Shown: piece by piece, positions 54,432-63,903 of the stretch
Layout: every line of letters starts with the position of its first letter
How positions within the stretch are numbered: position 1 is the stretch's first letter
Source: Candidatus Poribacteria bacterium
Lineage (GTDB): Bacteria > Poribacteria > WGA-4E > WGA-3G
Length of the DNA stretch: 64,000 nucleotides
Direction of reading: 5' to 3'
Assembly (NCBI GenBank): GCA_007571305.1
Contig: RKRR01000138.1
Coordinates: forward strand, 27,331 to 91,330
The notes under the pieces: generated by a model
What the model saw: only the letters and a program-made list of their open reading frames with translations
Told to the model about the DNA's origin: nothing
The model's database searches: none
Translations under genes and position numbers: made by a program

Positions 54432-55064
54432 TTATTCGCTACCGTTGCTACCTGCCCAGAGCGCACCCCGTTGCAGGAGTGTTCCAAACATCTCATGCTG
54501 ACACGCTGCAGCGTCGTGACCGAGTGCAAGATAAAATACTTTGCCTTCACCCCAATTTTTAGTCCACGCGACCGGCACGGCATCGCCTTTCCAGAGTGCT
54601 GATGCGAGTACGTGGTTCCGGGGATCGTAATCGAGGATATACTGCTCGTCCGTCACGACAAACTCGTCAAGCCCCTCTGTGATTTCGTGCTCAGTATCGA
54701 CAATACTCACTTGATAATCGCGGTAGCGCGGATGTGTAACGAAATAACCACCTACCATTGAACGGTACTCTGGACACTCACGGAACGAATCTGCGGCTGA
54801 ATGGACACCGACGTATCCTTTGCCTGAAGCGACGTGGTTGAGCAAACCGTTTTTCTGTGCGTCCGAAATCTCGCCAACTGTGTAATAGAAAACAATGAGA
54901 TCATACGAATCTAAATTCGGTGAAACGAGAGCATCCAAGTCTTCCTCGACTCTGGTAATCTCAAATTCATCTCGCTGTGAGAGCACCTTTACAATTTCAT
55001 CACTACAGCCTTTCCAGTCATGGATGGCTCCGCCTGCAAAGACGAGTGTGTTAATTTTTGCCAT
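54432..55064 (-). CDS. ThuA domain-containing protein
   Basis: MAKINTLVFAGGAIHDW, GYVGVHSAADSF and ALGHD are the class I glutamine-amidotransferase-like ThuA pattern. Confidence 0.75.
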   Translation of the reverse strand: MAKINTLVFAGGAIHDWKGCSDEIVKVLSQRDEFEITRVEEDLDALVSPNLDSYDLIVFYYTVGEISDAQKNGLLNHVASGKGYVGVHSAADSFRECPEYRSMVGGYFVTHPRYRDYQVSIVDTEHEITEGLDEFVVTDEQYILDYDPRNHVLASALWKGDAVPVAWTKNWGEGKVFYLALGHDAAACQHEMFGTLLQRGALWAGSNGSE

Positions 55065-55138
55065 CAGTTAGCCTCCTTACTATATGATAGTGCTATTATA
55101 TCACGCGGGCAGAAATACAAGCAACTTTTAATGTCAAT

Positions 55139-55257
55139 AGGACTTACGCAGACCGCTCTTTTGTAGCATAACCTGTTAGGTTGTGCCAGGGGACCGTGTG
55201 TGTTTTGCTAGTTCGCCTGCTCAGAGACCGTGTTGTTGTCAAAATTGCGTAAGTCAT
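55139..55257 (+). repeat. MITE-like repeat, family A, copy A5
   Basis: AGGACTTACGC ... GCGTAAGTCAT. Flanks ATGTCAAT / GTGTCAAT. Confidence 0.8.
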
Positions 55258-55342
55258 GTGTCAATTAATTCTGAAATCTACCATAGTTATTGGTGTTCAT
55301 AGAAATCTGAAACCACCACCCTACTTTGCGTGAAGATATCTC

Positions 55343-55622
55343 TTAACGCAAGTTGCCAGTTCTGTAGTATAGGAAACCGTGTGTTTCCTGGGCATAAATG
55401 TGCACAAACGGAAAGTGAACACCACAAAAACCCGCGGATCCTCAACGACTCCCAATGAAATGGTCTCTATCGTTGTAGCATAACCTGTTAGGTTGTGCAT
55501 CTTCGGGCACAGGCTGACAGCCTATGCTACGAACTATGCTACGAAATACTGCGGATCCTAAGCGTTTTCACTGAAACATCGCAGATGCCTCTCTAAAATT
55601 GTGTCCGTAGCAACTTGGGTTA
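55343..55622 (+). repeat. composite family B repeat, copy B4
   Basis: TTAACGCAAGTTGCC ... GCAACTTGGGTTA, enclosing three core hairpins (55363, 55473 and a reverse one at 55509). Confidence 0.7.
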
Positions 55623-55704
55623 TTTTATGATATAATCATCAGATGTGAGAAGAATTCACTATTTATTGGTCACTGCCAGCAATCTTTACCAGAAAGGGAT
55701 CTAC

Positions 55705-56217
55705 ATGTCAAAGAAAATTGCCATATTCCCTGCCAGTTTCGATCCCGTCACGAACGGACACGTCGACCTCATTGATCGGATTTGCACCCTTAGTGTCTTT
55801 GATGAGCTCATCGTTGCAATTGGTGTGAATCCCGCCAAACCCGCCCGTTTCACGCTTGAGGAACGCACCCAAATGCTTGAGACTGTTATTGAACCGTATC
55901 CGCAAGCCTCCATTGATGGATACACCGGATTAACGGTGCATTACGCACAGGTACGTGGTGCTTGTTCCATTATCCGTGGACTACGCGAAATCTCCGATTT
56001 TGAATGGGAGTTCAAGATGGCTCGGATGAATCAACAGATCGCCCCCGACATTGATACCCTATTTATGATGGCAAATACACAATACGCGCATATCAGTTCA
56101 ACACTCGTGATGGAGGTAGTGCAGATGGCACAACGGAGGGTAAGTGAGGAGAAATTACAGGAGATGGTGCCTGCAGTGGTAATTGAATTTATCAAGAAGA
56201 AATATGATGTGCTCTAA
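55705..56217 (+). CDS. coaD: phosphopantetheine adenylyltransferase
   Basis: KKIAIFPASFDPVTNGHVDLIDR (T/HxGH) and ISSTLV. ATG at 55705 has an upstream purine-rich RBS. Confidence 0.92.
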   Translation: MSKKIAIFPASFDPVTNGHVDLIDRICTLSVFDELIVAIGVNPAKPARFTLEERTQMLETVIEPYPQASIDGYTGLTVHYAQVRGACSIIRGLREISDFEWEFKMARMNQQIAPDIDTLFMMANTQYAHISSTLVMEVVQMAQRRVSEEKLQEMVPAVVIEFIKKKYDVL

Positions 56218-56248
56218 ATAATGGCCGGTCGTCGGTTCCGCAGGTATT

Positions 56249-56407
56249 ATAACCTAAGTTGCCAGTTCTGTAGCATTACCTGTTAGGGTGTGTAACTTCG
56301 CACAGAAAACCACACGGAACACACCCAATTTTTCCCAAAAATGAAGGAGTCTCACTGAAACAGGGTGTTCGTGGATCTGACATCATATAGGTAGCAACTT
56401 GGGTTAA
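56249..56407 (+). repeat. MITE-like repeat, family B, copy B5
   Basis: ATAACCTAAGTTGCC ... GCAACTTGGGTTAA. Abuts the stop codon of the 56408-56881 gene. Confidence 0.75.
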
Positions 56408-56881
56408 CTAAGGTTTCAATACACGCGCATCACCAAATTTATCGACTAAGTAAGCGATCCCCTCAGCTTCAGCTATACCTAAAACCACCCTGGCTTTTCC
56501 ATCAGGAGCGAAAAGTGATAAGACCCCACCTCCCTCATTCACCATGAGAGAAGCACCGGTTTTCTCCTTTGACCCCTGAGTTGTCACAACGCCATTGCCC
56601 TCCGCAACCAAAAGAGAGGCGACACCTACTCCCTTTGGACCATAAGTTATCACCCGTCCACCATTTCTGTCCCAAGAGATATGAACTCGAGGGGCCATAC
56701 CATCATCCATTACCCTTATATCCTTACGGACGATTAATTCTCCAACGGTCAGTTTATCAATCGTTTCATACCCAAATTGTGCTTCTGTTCTATTGTTCGT
56801 GTTACCGAACATAAAACCAGCGAAGGTCAACAATCCCCCTAAAAGCATATATTTCAACTTTTCACACAATCTAAACTTCAT
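56408..56881 (-). CDS. hypothetical membrane-anchored beta-rich protein
   Basis: N-terminal TM and Gly/Val-rich repeats. No family recognised. Confidence 0.6.
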   Translation of the reverse strand: MKFRLCEKLKYMLLGGLLTFAGFMFGNTNNRTEAQFGYETIDKLTVGELIVRKDIRVMDDGMAPRVHISWDRNGGRVITYGPKGVGVASLLVAEGNGVVTTQGSKEKTGASLMVNEGGGVLSLFAPDGKARVVLGIAEAEGIAYLVDKFGDARVLKP

Positions 56882-57023
56882 TGAATTCTCCTCGTTAAAA
56901 AATTCGTGAAATTAAGGGAATTATAGCGTAGTGAATGACCTATGTCAATGGTTTGGGTCTTCTTCAAACCTTCAATAGTCGAAAGTTGGACTTGTGTCAA
57001 TCTACCACCGGTGCCTTCCTCAA

Positions 57024-59357
57024 TTAAAATCGATTATCAAGGCTCAAGCTTACATTGAAACCCGGGGAATTTACACCGGAGCCGTGCTGACGGTATCGCC
57101 TATCCAGTAGATTATCAAGTGAGAGTGTCAAACGTGTGTAATCAAAAAGCTTAACTCCACCGCGGATGTTGAACGTCCACCAACCGGGTGTCCCAGCGTC
57201 TATCGCGGTGCCATTAGCATCAAATTTAACTTCCGCCGGATCGCGCGTTGATCCTTGGATCCGTGGATCGCGGATATCGCTTCGGTTCAGCCTTCTTTGC
57301 TCGGCTGCGCCGCGCACAAAGAACGTCACCCAATACTGGGTATTCAACGGTTCCCACTGGACCCCGACGATGCCGTTCAAGGGCGGCTCTCTACGAATGC
57401 GTTCTTCCCAAGGCTTCTTCCCATCCTGATTCGGGGATTCTCCACCAATTGTGAGGACTTGCCCGTGTAGCAATGCTACATTACCAAAAACTGACAACGT
57501 GGATTGAATCGGAACACGTCCAGCAAATTCAACGCCTTGAAGCTGCGCCTTATCGATGTTATCAAACACGAGTATGTCAATATTCGGATACTCTCTGATG
57601 AGGTCTTTATGGAGTTGAGGTATCTTTTGACCTTCGTATGCCTCTTGAACAGGTTTGCGTCCAACTAAATCACTAACCCGACTGTAGAACAGTGTTAAAG
57701 CACCACGGAAGTAGGAATGTTTCGCCTTGAGACCCGCTTCAACTGTCCACGAGGTTTCCGGTCTAAGGTCGGGACTCGGTGCTGTGACACCCTCATTGGT
57801 GACTTCCACTGCTGTTGTATCGTTCAACGAAGGGGCACGAAACGCTGTCCCGAAGGTACTGACAAAGTTCAGGTACTCTGTCAAACCGACCACCACGCCG
57901 GTACTGCCTGTCAAACTGCTGTCGAATACACTGAACGCATCAAAAGCCGGATCTCGGATGGAGAGGTCAGCATTGGTTTGATAAAACGTGGCGCGTCCGC
58001 CGAATGTGAGTTCGACACGGTCGTGTACTGTAATTTCATCTTGAAGGTACAAACTTGCATCCCAGAACTGAGAACCGTTAATGAAGCGTCCCTTTTTCTC
58101 GTCAACATCTTCTGTGCCTTCATCGGTTTTGACGGTCCGACTCTGTATCGTATCGAAATAGAACTCAGCCCCGCCGACCAAACGTTGACGAGGGAGGATT
58201 GAGCTGACGGCTTGTGCACTCAAACCGATGGTGTTCACAGTGTCATATCTCTGCCGTCGAGCTGTTGCTCCGCGTACCACCTCGTTTCGTCCCTCTTTTT
58301 GTCTATGATAAGAGGTTGTTAGGCGGAACCTGTCGATGGATGCTTCTACCGGGGTAACTATATAGTTCGCATAGACGAGATCCCGATTTTGCGGTTCAAA
58401 AAAGAACTCGGCAAACTCTTGGGGGGCAATTTTATCATACCGCGGTGTTTGCGGTTGCCGCCACATCTGGTAAGCAACGTTGATATCGCTTGTATCGTTG
58501 AGTTGATACCCAAATTTTGCGTTAGCATCGTAGGCTTGCCAACCCAGAGGGCCCTCACTGTCAATGAGCCACTTGTCAGGGATGTTATCCTTTGCTATCG
58601 CACTGACTTCATCGTACGCATAGAGTTCCACACCCTTTGGCATTTCGTCCACGATTTCATACTTCCGATTTTTGTAGTGAAGGTCGTACCCACTGCCAGA
58701 GTTTATATCTCCGTAGAATCGCACACCACCACCTGCAATAAATCCAAACCGACCTTGGTTTCCTGTTAACTCCACCCGACCGAGTCGTTCCTGTGTGGCA
58801 GATGAATAGCGAGCCATGACTCGTGGTCGTATGGCTAAGGTTTTTTGTGATGGATCAATTGGAACTGCTTTCGTAAAGAAACTAACAACACCGCCCATCG
58901 CACCGCTTCCATACAGCATGGAATTTGAACCGAGTAACACCTCTGCGCGATCCAACATCTCTGGAGCGATGGTTGCGGTATATTGATTTGGTCCCGAACG
59001 AAATGTTGAATTATTGAGACGGACCCAATCAACCTGTACTGAGCTATGGTAACCGGTTAAACTCCGAAGCATGGGAGATCCTTGTCCGACTGTCGTTTCT
59101 TGAGCGATGACACCAACAGTATCACGAAGTAGGTTGGAGGCATGCTCCGCATTGGTCCGTTCCAATTGCTTTAGGTCCAAAACAGTAATGGAGTTAGGCG
59201 TTTTGAAAGGTTCTTTCTCGGCTCGTGTGGCAGTAACCGTCACCTCTTCCACTTCTCGGACTTCTTGGTCATCATGTCCATCCGCGTATACATGTGGAAA
59301 CCAACTTACTAACGCACCTAAACTTAGCGTAAGAAAAAAATAAAACGATTTGTTCAT
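57024..59357 (-). CDS. TonB-dependent outer-membrane receptor
   Basis: Signal peptide, plug region (VTVTATR...ITVLDLKQLERTNAEHASNLLRDTVGV) and a C-terminal ...SLSLDNRF with terminal Phe. Confidence 0.9.
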   Translation of the reverse strand: MNKSFYFFLTLSLGALVSWFPHVYADGHDDQEVREVEEVTVTATRAEKEPFKTPNSITVLDLKQLERTNAEHASNLLRDTVGVIAQETTVGQGSPMLRSLTGYHSSVQVDWVRLNNSTFRSGPNQYTATIAPEMLDRAEVLLGSNSMLYGSGAMGGVVSFFTKAVPIDPSQKTLAIRPRVMARYSSATQERLGRVELTGNQGRFGFIAGGGVRFYGDINSGSGYDLHYKNRKYEIVDEMPKGVELYAYDEVSAIAKDNIPDKWLIDSEGPLGWQAYDANAKFGYQLNDTSDINVAYQMWRQPQTPRYDKIAPQEFAEFFFEPQNRDLVYANYIVTPVEASIDRFRLTTSYHRQKEGRNEVVRGATARRQRYDTVNTIGLSAQAVSSILPRQRLVGGAEFYFDTIQSRTVKTDEGTEDVDEKKGRFINGSQFWDASLYLQDEITVHDRVELTFGGRATFYQTNADLSIRDPAFDAFSVFDSSLTGSTGVVVGLTEYLNFVSTFGTAFRAPSLNDTTAVEVTNEGVTAPSPDLRPETSWTVEAGLKAKHSYFRGALTLFYSRVSDLVGRKPVQEAYEGQKIPQLHKDLIREYPNIDILVFDNIDKAQLQGVEFAGRVPIQSTLSVFGNVALLHGQVLTIGGESPNQDGKKPWEERIRREPPLNGIVGVQWEPLNTQYWVTFFVRGAAEQRRLNRSDIRDPRIQGSTRDPAEVKFDANGTAIDAGTPGWWTFNIRGGVKLFDYTRLTLSLDNLLDRRYRQHGSGVNSPGFNVSLSLDNRF

Positions 59358-59850
59358 GATAGCGGTATCCTGTGAGTTTTACTCTATTGTGTATCGTTCA
59401 GGTGCTTGATGTTATCTGCAACCTGTGCTTTAACTGATTGCTTATTGCAAACCGTATGCCACCCACAATTCAACATGAAATTAGTGGATTTTGACGCTTT
59501 TTCTACCATAATTTGTCCTATGGTGTTCATTTGTTGAACACTCTATTTATTGTCCTTCAGCGGCTGCACAAGCGAATTTAAGAAACGGCCTCAAAAGTTT
59601 AACGCACCATGTTTCTCCGCAAGGTATCATTAAAAACTTGAATTTTGTTAAAGATTGTGATAGGTTAAGCGTCAAGATGAATAGGCAAGCGATACCATGT
59701 CACAAATGCGAACGTGGTGGAGAACTGCCTATGAGGTTATAGTGAGAAAATAATTAAGAAGCCTGTTCGATTCAAAAAATGATGTACAGGATGATCGGAA
59801 GCCTGTCCAAAACATAGCAGAAAACAGACCAGGAGGCAAGAAATTAAAAT

Positions 59851-60852
59851 ATGTCAAAACAGAAATTAAACTTCGCGTTCATCGGATGTGGCGGCAATGC
59901 ACGGGGACATGGACGCAGTGTTTCAAGCGTCGAAGGTGTAGAGATTGTTGCTCTTGCCGATCCAAGTGAAGCGTCGCTTGATGCGTTCAAAGAGACCGTC
60001 GGTTTAGACAATTCACTTCCGACTTACACAGACCACGTTGAGATGTTAAATACTGTCCAGCCGGATGCTGTCGTTATCAGTTCACCGCACGGTCTCCACT
60101 TCCAGCATATCATGGATGCCTTTAATGCAGGATGCCACGTCCATACCGAGAAACCGATGGTCTGCACGGTAGATCACGCGAAGCAGGTGATCGCAAAGGC
60201 AGAAGAGACCGGTCTGCACCTCATGATAGGTTATCAACGGCATTTGAGTCCTACCTATCAATACTGTCGCCAAGTGGTCCAGAGTGGGGAATTGGGGCGC
60301 GTTAATTTTGTCGCCGCACATCAATCGCAGAATTGGTATCGGAATCAGCAGGGCAAATGGCGGCAGGATCCATTCCTTGGGGGTGGCGGCCAACTGAATG
60401 ACTCAGGGAGTCACCTGATTGATATTCTCCTCTGGGTATTAGAGGCGAGTCCCGATACTGTCTTCGCGATGATAGACAATTTGGACATTCAGGTAGATGT
60501 ACTTACAGCGATGTCAATTAAGTTTGATACCGGTGCTTTGTGCAATATCAGCATTGTTGGACATGCTTATGGTGGCGTTCGAGAAGCTTTTTCTGTCTGG
60601 TTGGAGGAGGGCGCGCTCCATCTCCGTGAAGGGCAACTCTATCGTCAAGAACAGGATGGGACCTCAGAACTTGTTGACACATCTGAAATGCCAGAGCAAG
60701 CGAACAAAGACGTTGCCTTTATTGAGCTTATCCGCGGCGAACGGACAGAGAATCCGATCGGTGTCGAGAATGGTCTACGAGTCATTCAATTGACCGAAGC
60801 TGCATGGCAATCTGCTGAACTCGGCAAACCCGTCAAAGTTGATTTGAGTTGA
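59851..60852 (+). CDS. Gfo/Idh/MocA family oxidoreductase
   Basis: LNFAFIGCGGNARGH and TEKP. AGGAGG RBS. Confidence 0.85.
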   Translation: MSKQKLNFAFIGCGGNARGHGRSVSSVEGVEIVALADPSEASLDAFKETVGLDNSLPTYTDHVEMLNTVQPDAVVISSPHGLHFQHIMDAFNAGCHVHTEKPMVCTVDHAKQVIAKAEETGLHLMIGYQRHLSPTYQYCRQVVQSGELGRVNFVAAHQSQNWYRNQQGKWRQDPFLGGGGQLNDSGSHLIDILLWVLEASPDTVFAMIDNLDIQVDVLTAMSIKFDTGALCNISIVGHAYGGVREAFSVWLEEGALHLREGQLYRQEQDGTSELVDTSEMPEQANKDVAFIELIRGERTENPIGVENGLRVIQLTEAAWQSAELGKPVKVDLS

Positions 60853-60867
60853 GTATTTGGGGCAGTG

Positions 60868-61014
60868 CAATAGTTGTCAGTTTGTAGCAGAACCTGTTCG
60901 GTTGTGCAGCTTAAGCACGCAGACTCACGGTTTCCTACGCTACGAGATGCCTCCGAATTCAGTGAAAAATGGGACAGGATGCCTAAAATCTTGTGAGTAG
61001 CAGCTTGCGTTAAG
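60868..61014 (+). repeat. MITE-like repeat, family B, copy B6 (degenerate termini)
   Basis: Collinear with the reverse complement of 5106-5265. Core TGTAGCAGAACCTGTTCGGTTGTGCAG. Confidence 0.65.
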
Positions 61015-61067
61015 AATAAGATTTACTTTTTAGGACTCTCCGTTCTACGCTTAGCGAAAGATTGAAA

Positions 61068-61823
61068 ATGCTTGATGTCCGGAATCTTTGCAAATCCTTT
61101 GACAAGAAGCCAGTTCTTACGGAACTTACGTTTCAGGTGGCAACCGGAGAGTGCCTCATCCTACTCGGTAAAAATGGTTCAGGTAAAACGATCCTACTCA
61201 ATATATTAGCGACCTTGATCGAGCCGACATCAGGGAGTGTTTCTATTGATGGGATTGATGCATTTGCGAACTTGAAGCAGGTGCGTCCAAGCATCGGGTA
61301 TATCCCCGTTGCGTTTGAAGGGTATCCTGAGTTGTCCGTTGCAAATTACCTCAATTTTTTCGCTGCTGCGTACAAATTGGAGAAGCGAGGGCGCGTGGAA
61401 GCAATCAATGCAGTAGTTGAATTAATGGACATCCAGCACCTACGTGAGATTAAAATTAGCGAGTTGTCAACTGGGGAACGGCATCGACTTTTATTCGCCA
61501 AAACCTTTCTACATGAGCCGCAATTGTGGTTGCTCGATGAACCCTTCACACCGCTCGATCCGGTTGGGCAGGTCGAGATGATAGAGTTCCTTGGTGAACT
61601 TCAAGCCATGGGAAAAACTGTCGTAGTCGCTACCAATCGTCTTGAGGATGTCCGGCGGTTGTGTTGTTCTGACTCTCACGTCGAAAACCTCGTTGGAATC
61701 TTGGACAACGGTCAATTCGCTGCCTTCAACACATTTGGCAAGTTGCAGCGAGAAGTTAGAGAAGACGGTAGCACAGAAGGGCCTGTGTCAAATTGGTTAA
61801 GTGAGCTTTTCCCACAGGCATAG
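61068..61823 (+). CDS. ABC transporter ATP-binding protein
   Basis: GKNGSGKT, LSTGERHRL and LWLLDEP. No permease gene lies adjacent. Confidence 0.85.
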   Translation: MLDVRNLCKSFDKKPVLTELTFQVATGECLILLGKNGSGKTILLNILATLIEPTSGSVSIDGIDAFANLKQVRPSIGYIPVAFEGYPELSVANYLNFFAAAYKLEKRGRVEAINAVVELMDIQHLREIKISELSTGERHRLLFAKTFLHEPQLWLLDEPFTPLDPVGQVEMIEFLGELQAMGKTVVVATNRLEDVRRLCCSDSHVENLVGILDNGQFAAFNTFGKLQREVREDGSTEGPVSNWLSELFPQA

Positions 61824-61888
61824 GTTTCCTACAGATCACTTTTCGGATCAGCAAGGTAAAATTAAAAATCTGGAGGTGAGAAAACATA

Positions 61889-62662
61889 ATGTCAGATATC
61901 GGAAAATTCTTTCAAGAAAACGGATACTATTTCGCGAAAGCGGTCTATTCGTCCGAAGAAATCAAGGTGATGGAAAGCGACTTTGATCGGGTGGTGGATC
62001 AACTCCTTAAAAGCGATGAAAACGTCAACGCTCGCTGGAAAGGCAGATTGACAGATGCCCTTGATGGGGGTGAATCTATTATCATCCATACCCACAATAT
62101 CCAGAGTTTCTCTGGGGTCTGGATGCAGGCATTTTTGCATGAGAAGTTTCTGGATGTTACCGAATCCATTCTCGGACCGGATATTATGCTTCATCATTCC
62201 AAACTCTTTTGCAAACCTCCGGAGCAAGGTGCTCCTTTCCCGATGCATCAAGATTGGCAGTACTTTCCCTCTGTCAAAGACACCATGATAGCCGCTATCA
62301 TCTATGTCTCGGACGCTGCCGATGAAATGGGGTGTGTTCGTGTCTATCCGGGTTCCCACAAGGCGTTGGGACGCACCGATGGTATGATGGGAAGCGGAAA
62401 GAACGTTGAAGTTACCGATAGATACCCTATCGAGGAAGCCACCGTTTTAGAAGCGGAACCCGGAGATGTACTTTTCTTTAGTTACTTCACACTGCATGGT
62501 TCCATGCCGAACCGCTCAAACCGGACACGAAAGAGCGTCCTTGTTCAGATGTTTGCCGGGGACGATGAGATCGAAGCCGAGAATCGCCACACCAATGTCC
62601 AACTGGTGCTTCGTGGCTGGAACCATCTCGCAACCCGTTCTTCTGTAGGGCAGATTGGATAA
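61889..62662 (+). CDS. phytanoyl-CoA dioxygenase (PhyH) family oxygenase
   Basis: PMHQDWQYF (HxD), a distal TLHGSMPN His, and an RKS Arg. Confidence 0.8.
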   Translation: MSDIGKFFQENGYYFAKAVYSSEEIKVMESDFDRVVDQLLKSDENVNARWKGRLTDALDGGESIIIHTHNIQSFSGVWMQAFLHEKFLDVTESILGPDIMLHHSKLFCKPPEQGAPFPMHQDWQYFPSVKDTMIAAIIYVSDAADEMGCVRVYPGSHKALGRTDGMMGSGKNVEVTDRYPIEEATVLEAEPGDVLFFSYFTLHGSMPNRSNRTRKSVLVQMFAGDDEIEAENRHTNVQLVLRGWNHLATRSSVGQIG

Positions 62663-62904
62663 ATCAAGAGTACTTTGCTCTACTTGGTTATTGGGGTGAT
62701 CAACTGTTTATAGGGCTTTAACTATTGGCACGTCATCCACATTTTTTAAGGAAGTCCGGGTTGATAGTTAAGCAAAATCACGGGATTGCGTGAGTCCTAT
62801 TGGAAAAACGAAACATAGCCCGTAATGAAATGGAGGGCGGATCTACGGAATGGCACTTCACATTCCAAATCCGATCTGACCGAACCGCAAGGAAAATTAA
62901 AAAG

Positions 62905-63900
62905 ATGATTAGAGTCGCAAAGATGAGTATGGCACATGTCCACGCCGGTGGTTATGCCCGCAAAATCAACGAAAACCCTGAAACTGAACTCGTTGCTGTC
63001 TGGGACGAAGAGGAATACGGAGGAAGAGCAGCAGCAGAGCAATACGAAGTGCCTTTCTACACCGATCTCGCCGAAGTTCTCAGCCGCGACGATGTAGACG
63101 CAGTCGCAGTTGATGCGATCACATCCGACCATCCGCGTGTCATGATTGCCGCCGCTGAAGCTGGGAAACATATCTTCACTGAAAAAGCACTCGCAATTAC
63201 CGTCGCCGAATGCGATCCAATTATTGATGCCGTTGAGAAGGCGGGTATAAAATTCATGATTTCGCTGCCTTCCCGAGCAAACCCTGAAATCATATTTGCG
63301 AAAAGGGTGATTGACGATGGACTGCTTGGGGACATTACGTTCGGTAGAGGACGGATCGCACATTCTGCTGCACTGGATAGTTGGTTCAGCGGCACGAGCG
63401 CATGGTTCGCAGATCCAGTCCGTGCCGGTGGCGGTGCCCTTTTCGACTTGGGGTGTCACCGTGTTGATGTTATCCGATGGTTGATGGATGAGCCGAAGAG
63501 TGCTATCGCTAAGATTAACAACTTCACTGGCAACTTCCCGATTGATGACAACAGCGTTTCGGTCGTTGAGTTTGCGAACAAGGCACTCGGTGTGATTGAT
63601 GTGGCGTGGACACACCGTTCGGGTCCGAACATGCTTGAAATTTACGGCACGGAGGGTTCATTCGCGGCAGGACACGGCGAGATGCATTTTGAAACCCGCA
63701 AACTCTCTGATGAGGAGAAAGCGGAATACATCGCTAATGCTCCCGCTGCACCACCTGAACCGATGCAACAGTGGATTAACGCTATCCTTCGCGATGAACC
63801 GATGACGATTACCATCCAAGATGGACGTAATCTTACGGAACTGATGCAAGCGTTCTATATTTCCTCTGAACACGGACAGTCAGTTGATTTCCCACTTTAG
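62905..63900 (+). CDS. Gfo/Idh/MocA family oxidoreductase
   Basis: MIRVAKMSMAHVHAGGYA and TEKA. The track start at 62800 adds 35 codons with no support. Confidence 0.8.
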   Translation: MIRVAKMSMAHVHAGGYARKINENPETELVAVWDEEEYGGRAAAEQYEVPFYTDLAEVLSRDDVDAVAVDAITSDHPRVMIAAAEAGKHIFTEKALAITVAECDPIIDAVEKAGIKFMISLPSRANPEIIFAKRVIDDGLLGDITFGRGRIAHSAALDSWFSGTSAWFADPVRAGGGALFDLGCHRVDVIRWLMDEPKSAIAKINNFTGNFPIDDNSVSVVEFANKALGVIDVAWTHRSGPNMLEIYGTEGSFAAGHGEMHFETRKLSDEEKAEYIANAPAAPPEPMQQWINAILRDEPMTITIQDGRNLTELMQAFYISSEHGQSVDFPL

Positions 63901-63903
63901 GAG

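Noticed and set aside
55139-55622. CRISPR array
   Set aside because: The repeats are imperfect, of different families and orientations, and irregularly spaced. There are no cas genes. They are dispersed MITE-like elements.
59358-59850. Riboswitch (cobalamin/TPP) upstream of the TonB-dependent receptor
   Set aside because: I read the reverse complement looking for a B12 box or a THI-box (CUGAGA ... ACCUGA) and found neither. A covariance-model scan would be needed to exclude other classes.
62776-62800. Possible solo right terminus of family A (ATTGCGTGAGTCCT)
   Set aside because: Only about 14 nt resemble the terminus, with no core or left end nearby. That is too short to call.
62797-63615. 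272-aa minus-strand ORF
   Set aside because: It is entirely antisense to a Gfo/Idh/MocA gene with clear motifs. It has odd Cys/His/Arg-rich composition and no RBS. It looks like a typical shadow ORF.
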